DNA of 64,000 nucleotides, taken from Vicugna vicugna (Eukaryota). Under the pieces are notes generated by a model, which was not told the DNA's origin, made no database searches, and saw only the letters and a program-made list of their open reading frames with translations. This document shows positions 1-12,711 of the stretch, one piece after another. Where the stretch lies: assembly GCA_013265495.1 (NCBI GenBank), contig MU058213.1, positions 2,108,001 through 2,172,000 on the forward strand. Direction: 5' to 3'. Within the stretch, counting starts at the first letter, position 1. Each line of letters begins with the position of its first letter. Position numbers and translations under genes: made by a program.

Positions 1-264
1 CAGGGTGACAGGTCCCAAGCCAGTCCAAAACCTAGCAAGGCAAATTCCATTCAATTTTAAGTCTCAAGAATAATTCTCTGTGGTTTGATGCTCTGCCTTC
101 CAAGCCCAATGGGGTGGCAGTGTTTTGGCTGCTACCATGGCTCTTTGGGGGAAGCCCTGTCCCTTTGGCTCAATATTGGGCAGAAAACAATAGGAAAAAT
201 ACACATTGCTAATTGTGTAAATCAGTGCAGTCTTTCAAAAGAGCAGCTTTGCAATGCAAATCAA

Positions 265-1190
265 AAGCCATACAATTTTGCATATCCTTTGATGCAGTAA
301 TTCAATTCTGACTATTTGTAATAATGACATTTTTATAGTTGTACAAAATATTTCAGTACTAAAATGTGTATTACAGTTTGTCTATTATAATTTAAAAAGT
401 AGAAATTTCAAATGCCAACAACCAGAGATAGATGTAGTCATTTAATAGACTAGTATGCAGCCAAGAGGAGTGACAATTAATATCATTATTCAGTCCATTT
501 AATGCCATATAAAAGATTCAAGGTAAAAGATATTAATAAAGCAAGTTACCAAGTAACATTCCAATTATGGTAGATGCTATGTGAACCACAGCTGTACACC
601 TTCACCCTCACTGGGTGTATGCTTGCTGTACTTCTCATTGCCGGCGTCTACTTCTCTTTGCTTGAGTTTTCTTTGTCCATGTGCTTAGCAGGCCAGAAGT
701 GCTGAAGAATTATACCCCTAGATGAGCATTGACACAGTAATTGATGGAGTTCATGTATGAACAGTCCAGGCCACTCACCCCTTTGTTGAGATAGCTTTGT
801 GGCCCATGTTTCATTCTGACAGTGGGAGTCAGAATTCCTCCTTGGGATCAGCTCCAGGTCCTCACAGTGGTTGCTTCCTGGGTAAATCCACTTCGCTGGC
901 TGCTTTCCCTTTTTCTGTCTCACTTTCCTACCTGGGTTTCTTGACATCATTGCTCAAATGAACTACTTCCACTTGGATCCTTGTCTTCTAGGGAAATCCA
1001 AACTAAAACACAAATTGAGACGTAATTTCAATGAAAAATGATATTTATGTCTATATAAAATGGACTAGAAATATGGACACTGAATTAACAATATTGATTA
1101 TTCCTGGGGATGGTGAGATTATAGGTGGCTATTTCTTCCTCTTTACTTATTTGCATTATCTTTAGTGAAACTGGGAGAAGGAAAAAAAGA
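265..1190 (+). mobile_element. Old L1 (L1ME-like) 3' fragment, interrupted by an LTR16-like LTR
   Basis: gcatatcctttgatgcagtaattcaattctg resembles the ORF2 3' end; after 1010 the L1ME-type 3' UTR resumes (gattattcctggggatggtgagattataggtgg). Confidence 0.6.
600..1010 (+). mobile_element. ERVL solo LTR, LTR16-like
   Basis: Ends aactacttccacttggatccttgtcttctagggaaatccaaactaaaaca, matching the recalled LTR16 3' terminus; 5' boundary approximate. Confidence 0.75.
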
Positions 1191-1734
1191 ATAATTTATT
1201 TTAAAGTGGAAAAATTAACAAATGCTATCTCCCTGTTCACTTTCTCAATCCCAATCTCATTTCAGTCCCTTCAGAGGAAAGCTACTTAATATGAGTTCCA
1301 TTGATTTATAGTGCAAAGACTTGTTGTGTAATTATATAATGGCTTTCAGTCAAAGGAATATTAAAGGTAATGTAGGCTTCAAGCAGTTCTTGTAGCAAGC
1401 AAACTTCAGTCTTAAACTTTCACCCTTCTCTCTGCCTTGACTACAGCTTTAAATGTTTCAGAGCTAAGAAATACTCTTTTTCACCAAAAGAGGATTGATC
1501 TGCAGAATTTTAGGTATAGACATCCCTGAAGAATACCTTCTTCCTAGATTACATTATGTATTACGAAGTAATCCTGATTCCTTCCAGATGAGAAGATATC
1601 AGACCTTATGATGGGTTTCAGAAATGGTCATTTTCACAAAAGCTTAAAGGGCACTTGTTTAACTGTCATGCAATTCTATTCATAGAGATGATAGAGAAAA
1701 GTAAATTCTTTAGATAAATTGTTGAGTCTATGAA

Positions 1735-1830
1735 ATGTGTAGTAAGGAGGATAGGGCATTGAACCAAGAATCAGGAGACCTGAATTCATAGCCTTGGACC
1801 AGCTACTGACCTATTTGTTCAGATGTGGGT
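1735..1830 (+). mobile_element. MIR fragment
   Basis: gaatcaggagacctgaattcatagccttggaccagctactgac resembles the MIR head/core. Confidence 0.6.
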
Positions 1831-2088
1831 GTGGTGAACTTCAGGCAGAGAGAAAAGGATGAACACATTAAAGGAATGGGTTCATGTCTACTGGGAACAG
1901 ACAAGTTACATAATGAATAAAGTGGTCAAACTTGGACCATCTTTTGTTTTTCTACATTTAGTAAAGTCATGGGTATTGAGAAATAGGTTTTTACTCCAAG
2001 GAGAGCAATGGTGGTGGTGTGACTTGTGAGTTGCAAACACACTTGGCCTCCGTAATGAAGGTGTGGTGGGAACTGCAGCCCGTGGTGA

Positions 2089-2473
2089 TAGTGCAGTCTG
2101 CTAGGGCTACCGTGTTGAATATCACAGACTGGGGGCTTAAATGACAGGAACTATTTTCTACCCGTTTCTGCAGGCTAGAAGTCCAAGATCAAGGCTTCAG
2201 CAGGTGTGGTTTCTCCTGAGTCTCTCTTCTTGTCTTGCAGATGACCACCTTCTCATTGTTTCCCTGTGCACATTCCCCTGATGTCTCTTCCTCTTCTAAC
2301 TAGGACACCAGTCCTATTGTGTTAGGACCCCATTAGGACCCCATCTCAGTGAACTCATTATACCTTAATCCCCTCTTTAAGGATCTTATCTCCCAATAAA
2401 GTTGCATTCTGAAATACTAAGGGTTAGTATTTCAACTTAGGAATTTTGAGGGGACACAGTTCAGCCCATAACA
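2089..2473 (-). mobile_element. MaLR solo LTR (MLT1A-C type), near full length
   Basis: ctagggctacc..cacagactgggggcttaaa, ggctagaagtccaagatcaagg, and end ggggacacagttcagcccataaca; small internal duplication ttaggacccca x2. Confidence 0.9.
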
Positions 2474-3049
2474 GTGGTAGGAAGGTGGGAGAATGATAAA
2501 GGCTCAGGTTCTGAGAACTACTGAACTCCATATTCAATGATCCATTAGAATCTGTTTTCAATCTCAACTTATATTTTTCTTGTTACAGCTTTGAAAATAT
2601 GTATCTAAAATTATATTTCTATTTATATCTTTATTCTGAATTATAAACATAGAAATTTGCTAAAAGTTGGCTCCACTTAAACATGAGTTGACTATGAAAC
2701 TTTCAGACACAAAAGATTTTTTACATATTACAGCAAAATAAAAATGTCAATAAATCCCCCAAAGTATAAATCCTGAATCTACAAAGCAATAGTCAAAAAA
2801 TCAATGACTAAAGGATGGTAAAAACAAAACAGAGCAAAGGAAGACAGTAAAATAACCACATGAAATCATTTTTAAAAAGAAATTCTGTATAAAACTCAGG
2901 TTAAAAAGGCGAGTAAAAACTGTGTTGTTAACAAGGGTAGTGAAAAAAAAACTTTTCAATTGTTATTCTTCAGTATTTTGAAATCATACTGTTACTATAT
3001 CATAGTTGTAATAATAAATTAATATTTATTGGTAAATGGCAGTGAAGAC

Positions 3050-4190
3050 AAATATATTCAACCTTTATATTCTTTTTTGAAAGAAAAAAATTCAGAATAT
3101 ATGGGCTATACATTCCATCTTAGAAGATAGATAGATTGCAGTACTAAAAAAATAAGAATAAAGAAGTTAATGAAGAGCAAAAATTAATGAAATGGAAATT
3201 AAAAAATATTGTCAGAGCTGTTTCTTTGAAAAGACTATATTGACAGCACAAATGTGCAACCTTAGTAATGAGGAGGCATTTATTTAGATAATAAATAACT
3301 TAATCATTTAAAATGAGTACCAACTATACATTTATAACAACAAATTTGAAAATGTAAAAGATACGAATAACTTTACTGAAAAAAATAGCAACTTGGATTC
3401 AGAAATAGGTAGAAACTATAAAGAAAGAGAATCAAAGAGCTCACTATACTCCTTCACCCCTGACTCATAGGCACAGGATCCAAATGTTTGGACAGTAAAT
3501 CCAATCCAAACTTTAAGGACGAAAAATTGAGATATTTAAGCTATTGTAAATCATGAAGATATATAAATTAGCAATTCATGGTATGGCAGTGGTGTGTGAA
3601 GTTCCACTAAAAAAGACCTTTGCAGACTTATTTTATAAATTAGCATAAAAGCAAAAATATTAAAAACAGCCATCTAATATCCTGTAGGAGAATATTAAAA
3701 TAACACTGCCCTATTTCACAAATGCGGAGATAGTTCAGTATTTGGAAATCTGTTGAAGTAATTCACTGCCTCAATAATTAAGGAAAGAAAGTATATGATA
3801 GATGCTAGAAAGGCCGTTTGATGAAACTCAACATCTGTTTCTGGGGAACATCGTTAGTAACTTGGAAATTAAAAGAAGTATGCTTAATTTGAAAGGTTTC
3901 TCTGTTTTTTCTTAAATCAGCAAGTAACAGTAGAAATCATACTCATGGAAAAGCTCTAAAGGAATTCCCAGTAAATTTAGGAAAAAGACAACGCTGTCTA
4001 TTCTCATTACCATTAGTCAACATTAGACTGGAGATCAAAGCGTACAAATGTGCAGTTACAGAAGAAATACAAATTAATAAACATGAGAAAATATGCTGAT
4101 CTGTCATGCTAATAGGAATGAAAACTAAAACTTCTAAAAAAATACAGTTTTACCTACTGGATGAAACATAAATAATGTCTGATTTTGATG
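3050..4190 (+). mobile_element. Heavily decayed L1M ORF2 fragment (linker and RT region)
   Basis: A-rich; atagatgctagaaaggccgtttgatgaaactcaacatctg corresponds to the L1 RT motif IDAEKAFDKIQHP; many stops and deletions. Confidence 0.8.
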
Positions 4191-5398
4191 AAATTGCTCC
4201 CATCCCCAGGCCCTTCTTATGCCTTCGGAGGTGTCCAAATCCTGCCCCCTCTTTCTCTGTGTGCCCACTTTTCTACAGGTTAATGAAAAGTACTTTTCAA
4301 CTAGTCTTTACTAATCCCAAAGGCTCGAGGCATCCACTGAGTCAGTGAATTTCTCCTCTGGAAAAAAACTCTGCAGATGGGCCTGAGCTTTTGAGAGAAA
4401 GGTGAGCTGGGGTGAGGGGAGAGCTCTGGTCCTGTGGGTCGTGGTGTTCTTTTCCTGAAGTATCTAAGAATAAACACACCTTGCCACTGGGAAGATGGAT
4501 TTCCTTCCTGCCCATTAACTTGATGTGTATCCTATTTCCTGTAAAATAATAATCCTTACATTATTTTGTGAAGATGTGCTCTTTCCCTCCTTGTTCAAGG
4601 TTATATTTCAAACCTTTTATCACATTAATCTGTCTGAATAGAAAATTACTGGGTTGTTGTTCTCTAATACCCAGAACCTTCCAGTGACCACCTGACTGGA
4701 CTTGCAGGCAGACAGGGTGGGGTGGAGGACACTTCAGTGCACTCCCACCTCACTAGCAACTGGAAAGCAGTTGTGTTATATGCTTGAATTGATCAGCAAA
4801 AACCAGCTAGGTCCTGTTCAAACTGGTAGTCTCTGGTTCTTGACAACAAAAAGGCTAAGTTAAATGAAGAAAGTCAGTCCCTCTGAAAATCAGTCCCCAA
4901 GTTACCTTTCTTAGAGCTGGAGGCTGAATGCTGGACTTGTGTTAACTGTGCTGCAGGGGCCAGGATAGCCTGCCCAGCCTGCTCCATCAGGGTCTTTATC
5001 TCTGCTTGATGTATGAGGTCTTCTTGCTTGGGAAGGTGCCCTGTCTACAAAAAGTCATATATCTCATCTTGTTTAAACCACAGGCAGTTAGGATTGTTGA
5101 TTTTGCTCTTGGCCAAACCATAAAGAGCTAAAAATGTCCCACCTGCTGTGGAGGGATGAAAATAAGTTAAATTCTAAGCTAGAGACTTCATTCCATTACT
5201 CAGTGGGGTGGAAAAGCTCTTTGAGGTTTTCTGTAGAGATTTCAGTAAGGGCCAGACTTAAAAACAAGAATAATCTTAAGGACAGAAAGCTAACTGATAG
5301 TCCAACATTTTGAATAGGAGACGGACAGAGATCCTGGATCAGGGTCTGGGATTTGGAGGTACAATGTTTAGGGCCTCATTTTTAAGACCAGCAATCCC

Positions 5399-5431
5399 TG
5401 CAGTCACATAGGATGGCCACCTGGGGGCGGC
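5399..5431 (+). promoter_or_regulatory. Candidate CTCF site with upstream motif
   Basis: TGGCCACCTGGGGGCGGC (5414-5431) closely matches the core TGGCCACCAGGGGGCGC; TGCAGT (5399-5404) lies 9 nt upstream. Confidence 0.6.
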
Positions 5432-6099
5432 AAACCTTTGCAGTCATGAGGTGGCAAGTGCCCCTTGCTTCAAGGCCCTGTGACTACCAGGTGAGATATC
5501 ACATACCTCCTGAGCTACCTAAAAGCAAGTTTCATGCACTGGCATGAACATTCATGACTTTGTTTTCTTTAGAGAGCATCTCATGAGTAGAAGAAAATCA
5601 TTAATATTTTCTTCCACAATGTTCTGCATTGCTCCATAAAAAAGGGAATCCTTAGAAACTCCCTTGTGGGCTGACTCATTTTCCTTTCAATGTTAGAATA
5701 TATTTCTAGTCTCCTTGAAAGCAGTTCATCAATAATATTTGGAGGTTCCTATAGTTTTGTTCCAAATACTGTTTCTCGCAATGTCCCGGTTACATTACAT
5801 AGAACCTTTGGGTTCCTCATTATCCCTATACAATATAGTTTCATCTAAATCTTTCTCCTTCAGTAGAACATTGGAAATATTTTATGTCTTAGGTTTACCA
5901 AGACTCACCCACCAGAAATGCTTTTTTCCCCTACTTTTCTCCTCTCCATCAAGCAGTTAATTTCTATTTTTATGTAATATTAACATGCACTGAATATTTC
6001 TAGCTCCTGTCTCCTGATATGTAGCCTTCCTTTGTCTGTAACAACACAACTCCTGAATTTTAGCCACACATCCTTTTCACCTCTGTTTCTTCTTTCCCC

Positions 6100-6330
6100 C
6101 AGTAGCTGGAGTGGAGTTGGCCTGGGCCCTTTGGGTGAGGTCATCATCTCAATGATGGCAGACCAACCAGGTTAGAGAGTCCTTGGCTATCTAGCTTGTC
6201 TTCCTAGGACTGCTTACATCTGGGTTTTTTTTTTGTTTTTGCTTTTTGTTTTAATTCACTCTATCTTATTTAAGCCATGGGGATTTGTAGATTCTGTTAC
6301 AGCAAGTGAGTCTACGTCCTAACTAATACA
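6100..6330 (+). mobile_element. Old MaLR LTR 3' part (MLT1H-K type)
   Basis: ctatcttatttaagcca..ttctgttacagc..cctaactaataca terminus. Confidence 0.7.
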
Positions 6331-6520
6331 AGCATCTAATATGTGCCAGGTACTAGTTGAGCGCTTTCTGTGCACTCTCACATTGAATTTGCATAACCTG
6401 CAAGGAGGGTCTTGTGCTTATTACCATTTTACAAATGAGTAAACCAAGAGGTTTACGGGTTTGGCTGAGGTCACACAGCTAGTGTGTGAGAGAACTGGAG
6501 TCACCAGTCCAGACATCTGC
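6331..6520 (-). mobile_element. MIR
   Basis: atgtgccaggtact..ccattttacaaatgagtaaacc..gaggtcacacagctagt. Confidence 0.85.
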
Positions 6521-6559
6521 TCAAGGAGGACTCCATCCCTTCTTTTCATTCCTCATGTT

Positions 6560-7580
6560 TGATTAAGACCAAGGCCTGCACATCGCTCATGACCACAGTG
6601 CTGTAATCTATTCCTTCCTCTCCAGCCCTGCTCCCCAAGCCATCCTTATTCCCCCTCACTAGTTTCCCAGCTGCCAGTCATAGTGTCCTCTAATTCTAAT
6701 TCATTCTCATTTAGCCTACAGAGTTACTTGCCCCCCTGAATAAATTTGCTGCATGTTGCCCTTGAATTTCTTGTCAAATTATTTTACAAAGGCCTTTATT
6801 TATGATATGGCTCTTGAAATGTATTTCCTTTCTTTTTCTTTTCTTTTGCAGTTGTAAAATGTAATGTTATTTTTTTAATTTAATTTTTGTGTTGAGGTAT
6901 AGTTGATTTACAATATTGTATTAGTTTCAAGTATATAGCATAGCGATTCAGTATTTTTACAGATTATACTCCTTTATGTTATTACAAGATAATGGCTATA
7001 GTTCTGTGCTGTACAATATATCCTGGCTGCTTATCTGTTTTATATATAGTTTGTAGCTCTTAACCCCATACCCCTAACTTGCCCCTCCCCACAGGAAACC
7101 ACTAGTTTATTTTCTATATCCGTGAGTCTGTTTCTGTTTTGCTCTGTGCATTTATTTGTATTATTTACTTTTGCTCCGCTACTCCTGCCAACCCCTCCCC
7201 TCCCTGCATTCTCCAGGCTCCAGCGATACTTAATTGAACTTCCACGCTCATGTCGTGTTTTGCCGTGTTTATTCTTGCCTTGGAGTTTTCGTACAAGCAA
7301 GGAAGGTTACCTCTCCATCCCCTCTGGCCGACTTCTTCTGATTCAGCTTCTGTCTGAGTTTTGAGGAGCATTCCCTGACTCTCCAAGTCTTTGCTGACTG
7401 ATCACTTCCCTAGCAACCTCTGCTCATTTACATCAGGTTTAATATTCTGTTTTTATGTCTTTGATGTGTTCCTGATAAAGCTATGAGCTCTGGAGAACAG
7501 GTCTTTGTTTATTGCTGTATTCCAGTTAAGAGCACAGTGCCTGGCACCAAATCGGCGTTTAACAAATGTATTTTGAATGA
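6560..7580 (+). mobile_element. L2 3' region, split by an L1 insertion
   Basis: Pyrimidine-rich L2 body on both sides of the L1; ends tatgagctc..agcacagtgcctggcac..aacaaatgtattttgaatga. Confidence 0.75.
6870..7165 (-). mobile_element. L1 3' UTR fragment (artiodactyl-type)
   Basis: ttgaggtatagttgatttacaatattgtattagtttc..aaccactagtttattttctatatccgtgagtctgtttctgttttg. Confidence 0.9.
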
Positions 7581-8820
7581 GCACGTGGGTGAAATTGGGA
7601 GGGGGCAGCGGATGCCCATGAGACTCTCTAGACCTTAGTTCGGGTCTGAACTTTTGAATTCCAGAAATTGGAAATGCTGGTAACTTGTGGCTTCTGCATG
7701 CTTACATAGCACCTTGACTGAAACCAGATGGTATGTCAAGCCTGTTAGCAATGGAAGGTGTTAGGGTTAGGACAGTGACGATTAGGGTGGTGAATGCTTG
7801 TGTTTTAACTCTTCAACTTGTAGTTGTGTATCCCCCCCAAAAAACATCTGGAAAGGGAAAAAAAGTCTCTGCTACTGGTTTCTACAGCTGGTGGCGCTGG
7901 GAGTGTTCATGCAGTGGGTATATGGAGTGGATGAAGCCATTTAACTCTAGGGCCACATAATGACCTTTTATGCTGAATAATCTTTTCCGTTCAAGATAAA
8001 ATATCTTTCTTTCTGTATCCTGACGTGCTTCATATGATCTGAATTATTCATGAGTGTTTCCAGCTTTTGCTTATGTGTGCATTTTCAAGTTTAATATGCA
8101 TGGACATCTTGGCATAATGTGATGCTAAACTCACTCATTAATACATTGGAGTCTGTTTTCGTAATTCAATGGAAAGTTAAAGCCTTTAGGTTCAAGTACT
8201 GAAACTTCCATTGAGTTTCAATGAGGCACCTTCTTAACTGAGCCCTTCTCAAAATTGAACTTTTCAACTGCAATACTATGTTTTAAAATGAAGGCTTGAA
8301 GCTTTGACTCAAGAGTATGTTTATCTTTGTAGGAATGGTGAACAGGCCTGGCAATTTAGCTGCCCCATGTTATCTACGACATTATATGACCAGAATGTTA
8401 AGATATTACAAAGATGCTATAGATGTGGATTGATTTCTTCTATAAAAAACCTCATGTCTCATAGTGCTCACAGAGTAAAGTCAAATGACAAGAGCAGAGA
8501 CTGCTGTCAATGTCAGGGCTTTCTGCTTCAAATAGTTTTTTGTTCTAAATGCAAGTCTGGCCAAGCTTATATTTTTTGTTGTTGTTTTTTAACTAAAATA
8601 TGGGTAACAAAGTGGGTTTAGGCTATTACAATTACTCATTCATCTGTCTCATCCTAGAAGCATGTTTTACTATATCTTCAGTTTTGTGTGTGTGTAACTA
8701 CAAAAACAATACACTAATGGTAAAAACAAAACAACAAACAAATTCAGAGGTAAGATAAAGAAGGCTTCCTGTGATTAGGAAGAGATAAGCACTGTTACCC
8801 ACTCCACCATTTGATGTCTA

Positions 8821-8859
8821 GTGGAATGGATGGATGGATGGAGAGAGAGAGAGAGAGAT
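8821..8859. repeat. (GGAT)n(GA)n compound microsatellite
   Basis: Read directly. Confidence 0.9.
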
Positions 8860-9604
8860 AAATGGAATTCTTGGTGCTTTGAGCAAAAGAGTAAACGGTG
8901 TTTCTGTAAGTCCAGCTATGGCATATATATTCTTCAGGAATCATTGAAGCGATTTGTTTCAGGTTTGAATGTTGTCTTGGTTGAAGATCCAACAACTTCA
9001 GAGCGGGATGTGTCTTACCTCTGTGGCTACTGAAGGACTGCTCACGCACTAGAGTATAGATATCAGACTGCTAAATCCTTCTGTGCAATAATTTAAATCA
9101 ATGGTTGAGTTAGCCTTGTGGATAACTTACTGGATCCCAGAGATTCTGGAAGTGATTTCCGTGGATAATTTGGGAAAATGTCAAGATAAGTTCTCTCTCG
9201 GATCATATAGTAACAATGCCTAAAAGTCCAGGTTAAATAAGTGGCTTTAAGATAATTATTGATTTTGATTAGATGAATCATGCAAAAATGTTTCATGTTC
9301 CGCAGGTTATTTATAGCAGAGCTAGAACTGACACCTGCTGTCCTTTACCTCACCCCCCCGATGTCTCCTGCCCCGTCTGTCCCTTTGGTGCCATGTTCAC
9401 TCACTGAGGGTGAGAAGAAGCTCTTAGGATCACAGGCTCAGAAAAGACAGCATCTCGTTCAGGGAGGTTTCTGCTCTGAATTTCATAGGATTGCCTAGGG
9501 TTCATCCAGCTTGAAACCTAAGTCAATATTCATAGAAATTAAAGAGAAAGGACTTTACTTCCTCAGGGACTAGGACAGGTGATAGAGAGAGGCTAACATG
9601 TTTG

Positions 9605-9666
9605 CAGGGAGAGAGAGAGAGGAAGGAGGAGGGGAGGGAAAAGGAGAGAAGGAGATAGAGGAGGAG
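9605..9666. repeat. Polypurine (GA-rich) low-complexity tract
   Basis: About 60 nt almost entirely G/A. Confidence 0.85.
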
Positions 9667-9745
9667 TTTGTTCTCTATGTCTGTGAATCTGTTTCTGCTT
9701 TGTAAATAAGCTCATTTGTGCCATTAAAATTTTTTTTCACATATG
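9665..9745 (-). mobile_element. Short internal piece of L1 3' UTR
   Basis: agtttgttctctatgtctgtgaatctgtttctgctttgtaaaataagctcatttgtgcc, homologous to 53330-53400. Confidence 0.8.
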
Positions 9746-10184
9746 CTTGTACATTTTGATTGTCTTGTAAAAGAAGTATAATAAAAAGTAAAAGAAAAAT
9801 ATTTTAGCAAAAAAAATTCCTCCATGATTTTAAATAGAATTAATTTTTATCAAATGTGTGTGTGTAAATAGCATTTATGTTAATGTGTATTTATAGTCTC
9901 TGCCAGTAAATAATGAACTTGGTGCTTGTGCTTGTAGCTCTCTCAAGTCTCTCTGTGACTTTTTTTGAATTTATATCCTGATTCTTTTTTAAACAAAAAT
10001 ATTATATAAAGGCCATGTACTATAACATATAAGGTATGATAAAAATTTAAATACATTATTATGCTGCAGGTGTGTTTGCACATGTGTAATTTTTCTCTTT
10101 GTTTTCAAGCAACACGTTTTATCAAGGATGACTGGTATTTTTGTTTAAAGCATGTAGTTACTCTACTGAAGTAAAATGGACAAG

Positions 10185-10275
10185 TACTGTGCCCGCTTTA
10201 CAGATATGAGATGGTAATCCTTCAAGATTAAATGGTTAAGAAGAGGTGAGGCTGGAATTAAAATTCAGCCCCTCT
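10185..10275 (-). mobile_element. MIR core fragment
   Basis: cccgctttacagat..gaggctggaattaaaattcag. Confidence 0.5.
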
Positions 10276-11029
10276 GAGAGATTTTTCAATGCTCTCCCTT
10301 GTATACAGTTTTTTTTTACTTACCTTTTTTTAGTTTTTGGTATAACCACCCAAAGAGAGGACCAGGACCAAAGCCAAGAACAGAAAGGGTTTGCAAATGC
10401 ATAGTGAGAACTCTAGATGAAGAATAATTTTACTCAGATCTGAGAACTAGAAAGCTGGCTGAAAAACTGTATTATAAAAAATCGAAGAAACTGGATGGCA
10501 GATCAGTGTTCATCCAGAGTAAACTTTATTGACCAATTACTTAAATTTCAAAGAAGTTAATTTGTGTTCTAGCAGCTTAGCAATTGTTTTTTTGAAGAGC
10601 TGAAGAAATAGCTTAGTAATGTTTGAACCCCATGTTTGGTTTACAGAGAAGATGGTGTGCAGTGCTTTGGTGACAGCTTCAAAGGACTTTAGCTTCAAGA
10701 AGCTTCTTTGAGATCAGCTGGGGGCTCTCCTGGGACCAAATCCTGATCAGGTCTTCTCTTGGAATGAGATTTCTAACAGGAATTAACCATTATCTTCTCT
10801 TTAAAAGCAAGCTGTGTTATCCTCCTTTCTTTATAGAAATCATCACAAAAGAAGGGCTTGAGAGAGATTTGTTTAGCTTAAGACATTGCAGTAGATAATA
10901 AAATAAGACATGGGTGATTGCTCACTGTCCCCTCCTAACACTTTTGCTTCTCACTCTCCTTAGACAATACCCAAGTGTGTTTTAGGATAACACTGGCTTG
11001 GCTCAGTGTTCATGGATAAAAGAAGGAGC

Positions 11030-11270
11030 CTGTGAGTCAGTCTAAATTTGGATGGTGATAAAGAAATACATCAAGAGAGAAAAGGAACTTGGGGCTGAAT
11101 TGGAAGTGGAATAGGAAAGAAGCAATCCTTCCTCTGTATCGCCCCAAGTGATGTTGGCCTTGTCAAATGCATCAGAGCTTGAGTCAAGTTGCTGCGGTGT
11201 CTGGACTATATATAGCAGGGAATAAGCCCATTCATTAAGGGCTGCATTGACTTCTCTAAGCCGGTTGGAA
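11030..11270 (+). promoter_or_regulatory. Candidate enhancer or alternative promoter (2 AP-1 sites, MEF2/TATA-like element)
   Basis: TGAGTCA at 11033-11039 and 11180-11186; CTATATATAG at 11206-11215; apparently non-repetitive context. Confidence 0.4.
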
Positions 11271-11275
11271 AAGTT

Positions 11276-11346
11276 GAGAGAGAGAGAGACAGAGAGGGAG
11301 GGGGAGAGAGACAGAGAGACAGAGACAGAATGTGTGTGTGTGTGTG
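11276..11346. repeat. (GA/GAGACA)n followed by (TG)n microsatellite
   Basis: Read directly. Confidence 0.95.
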
Positions 11347-12359
11347 TTTGTAAATTTAAATCTAGTCGGTTCTGTTTGTTTTGCTCTGTGAAGAAGGACA
11401 AATGGAACTTATAAGTGTCTGAGTTCTTCTGAGCCTCCAATTTGCCATGCTGGTTGGAGGGATAGCTGCTTAGCCACCTTTCCTTGGTTAAGGAATGCAG
11501 GGGTTGAAAATTGCATCTAAGTCTGTGGAAAGGTACCTTATCCCTATCCCATTGTCAAAGTGGTCATTTTAAATATCTTCAAGTTAAAAAGCTTTATTAT
11601 GTAATGGGGCCATAGCTTTTGATGTGAAGACATTTGCCATCAAATCCATGTACATTTTAAAGAAGCTTTGCTTAGCCATATATCACTTTCAGCCACTTTA
11701 AGACAGATTAACATGAAGGAGAGGAATGGAATGAGCATCCTTCAGAGAATGAACAGAGTCATCAACCTCTTGATCCCCTTCCCAGTCACAGTTTTAATTA
11801 TCCAGTGCTAGGCGTCTGACTTAAACCGCCAGTCAGAGCTTTTAACCACCTGATTGGGAAGATCTTTAGTCAGTTTTCTCTTCTTGTGGAAATTGTGTTT
11901 GAAAGTTTGATTTTGTCACTTGCAGTCAGAGTCCTGATCAATACATGTATCCATTTTGGGAGTATTAAGAGGGCTTATGTTCTCAAAAACCTTTCAGTGG
12001 CTTCCAACAAGTGGATTATTCCTACATTAGAATAATAACAACAACAACAACAGTAATAGTAATTAGAATGGATTATTCATTACATAAAACCATAAAGGAT
12101 CCTGCTAAAATGCAAATATTATTGAAAATCATCCATCCAGCCTCTACTCTGTGATCCCTTTGACTCTAACTATATTTCTGTTATCTTATCAGCAACTTCT
12201 TTGAGTCTTGATAGAAAAGTCACCACAGGTCACAGTATGAAGGAAAAGAAAGGCCAGAAACAAACATCATAGGAGGCAGAGATAATACATTTTTGGTTTG
12301 AAGATGCCCAGAGTACGCGTGGTTGTGGGGAGTCAACGTCAGTAAAACGGATGTAAATC

Positions 12360-12470
12360 ATACTGAGCTCCGAGGGTTCTGTGAAGATTAATTGAGATTA
12401 TCCACTTAAGATGTTGGATATGGTCCCTAAATTCTTACTGTCTGATCAGCAAATGTTAGCTATTGCTCAT
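12360..12470 (+). mobile_element. MIR tail
   Basis: gagggttctgtgaagattaattgagat..aaatgttagctatt. Confidence 0.65.
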
Positions 12471-12700
12471 AGAGTAAAAGTATGAAAATATTAAAACATA
12501 ATTGAATATGTTTTTGATTTGTGAGCTACTTCAAAATTTTCAAATATTCCATGGCTGTTAGATATTTTATTGCACAGTTTTATATAAACTAATGGTATTA
12601 TCCTTGACATTTGCAAGTCTGAAAATTATTTTATAGTACTTATAATAATTTTGCACATACTGAGGTTTTCATATTGTAATCTTTAGTCATGATACTTCAT

Positions 12701-12711
12701 GTGACTCAGCA
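12701..12711 (+). promoter_or_regulatory. Perfect ARE/MARE motif (NRF2/NFE2/BACH-sMAF)
   Basis: GTGACTCAGCA matches RTGACTCAGCA; motif match only. Confidence 0.35.

Noticed and set aside
8333..9033. Two plus-strand exon-like pieces (acceptors at 8332 and 8962; peptide GLNVVLVEDPTTSERDVSYLCGY then stop)
   Set aside because: Modest acceptors, no good donor for the first, peptides unrecognised; not distinguishable from chance without a search.
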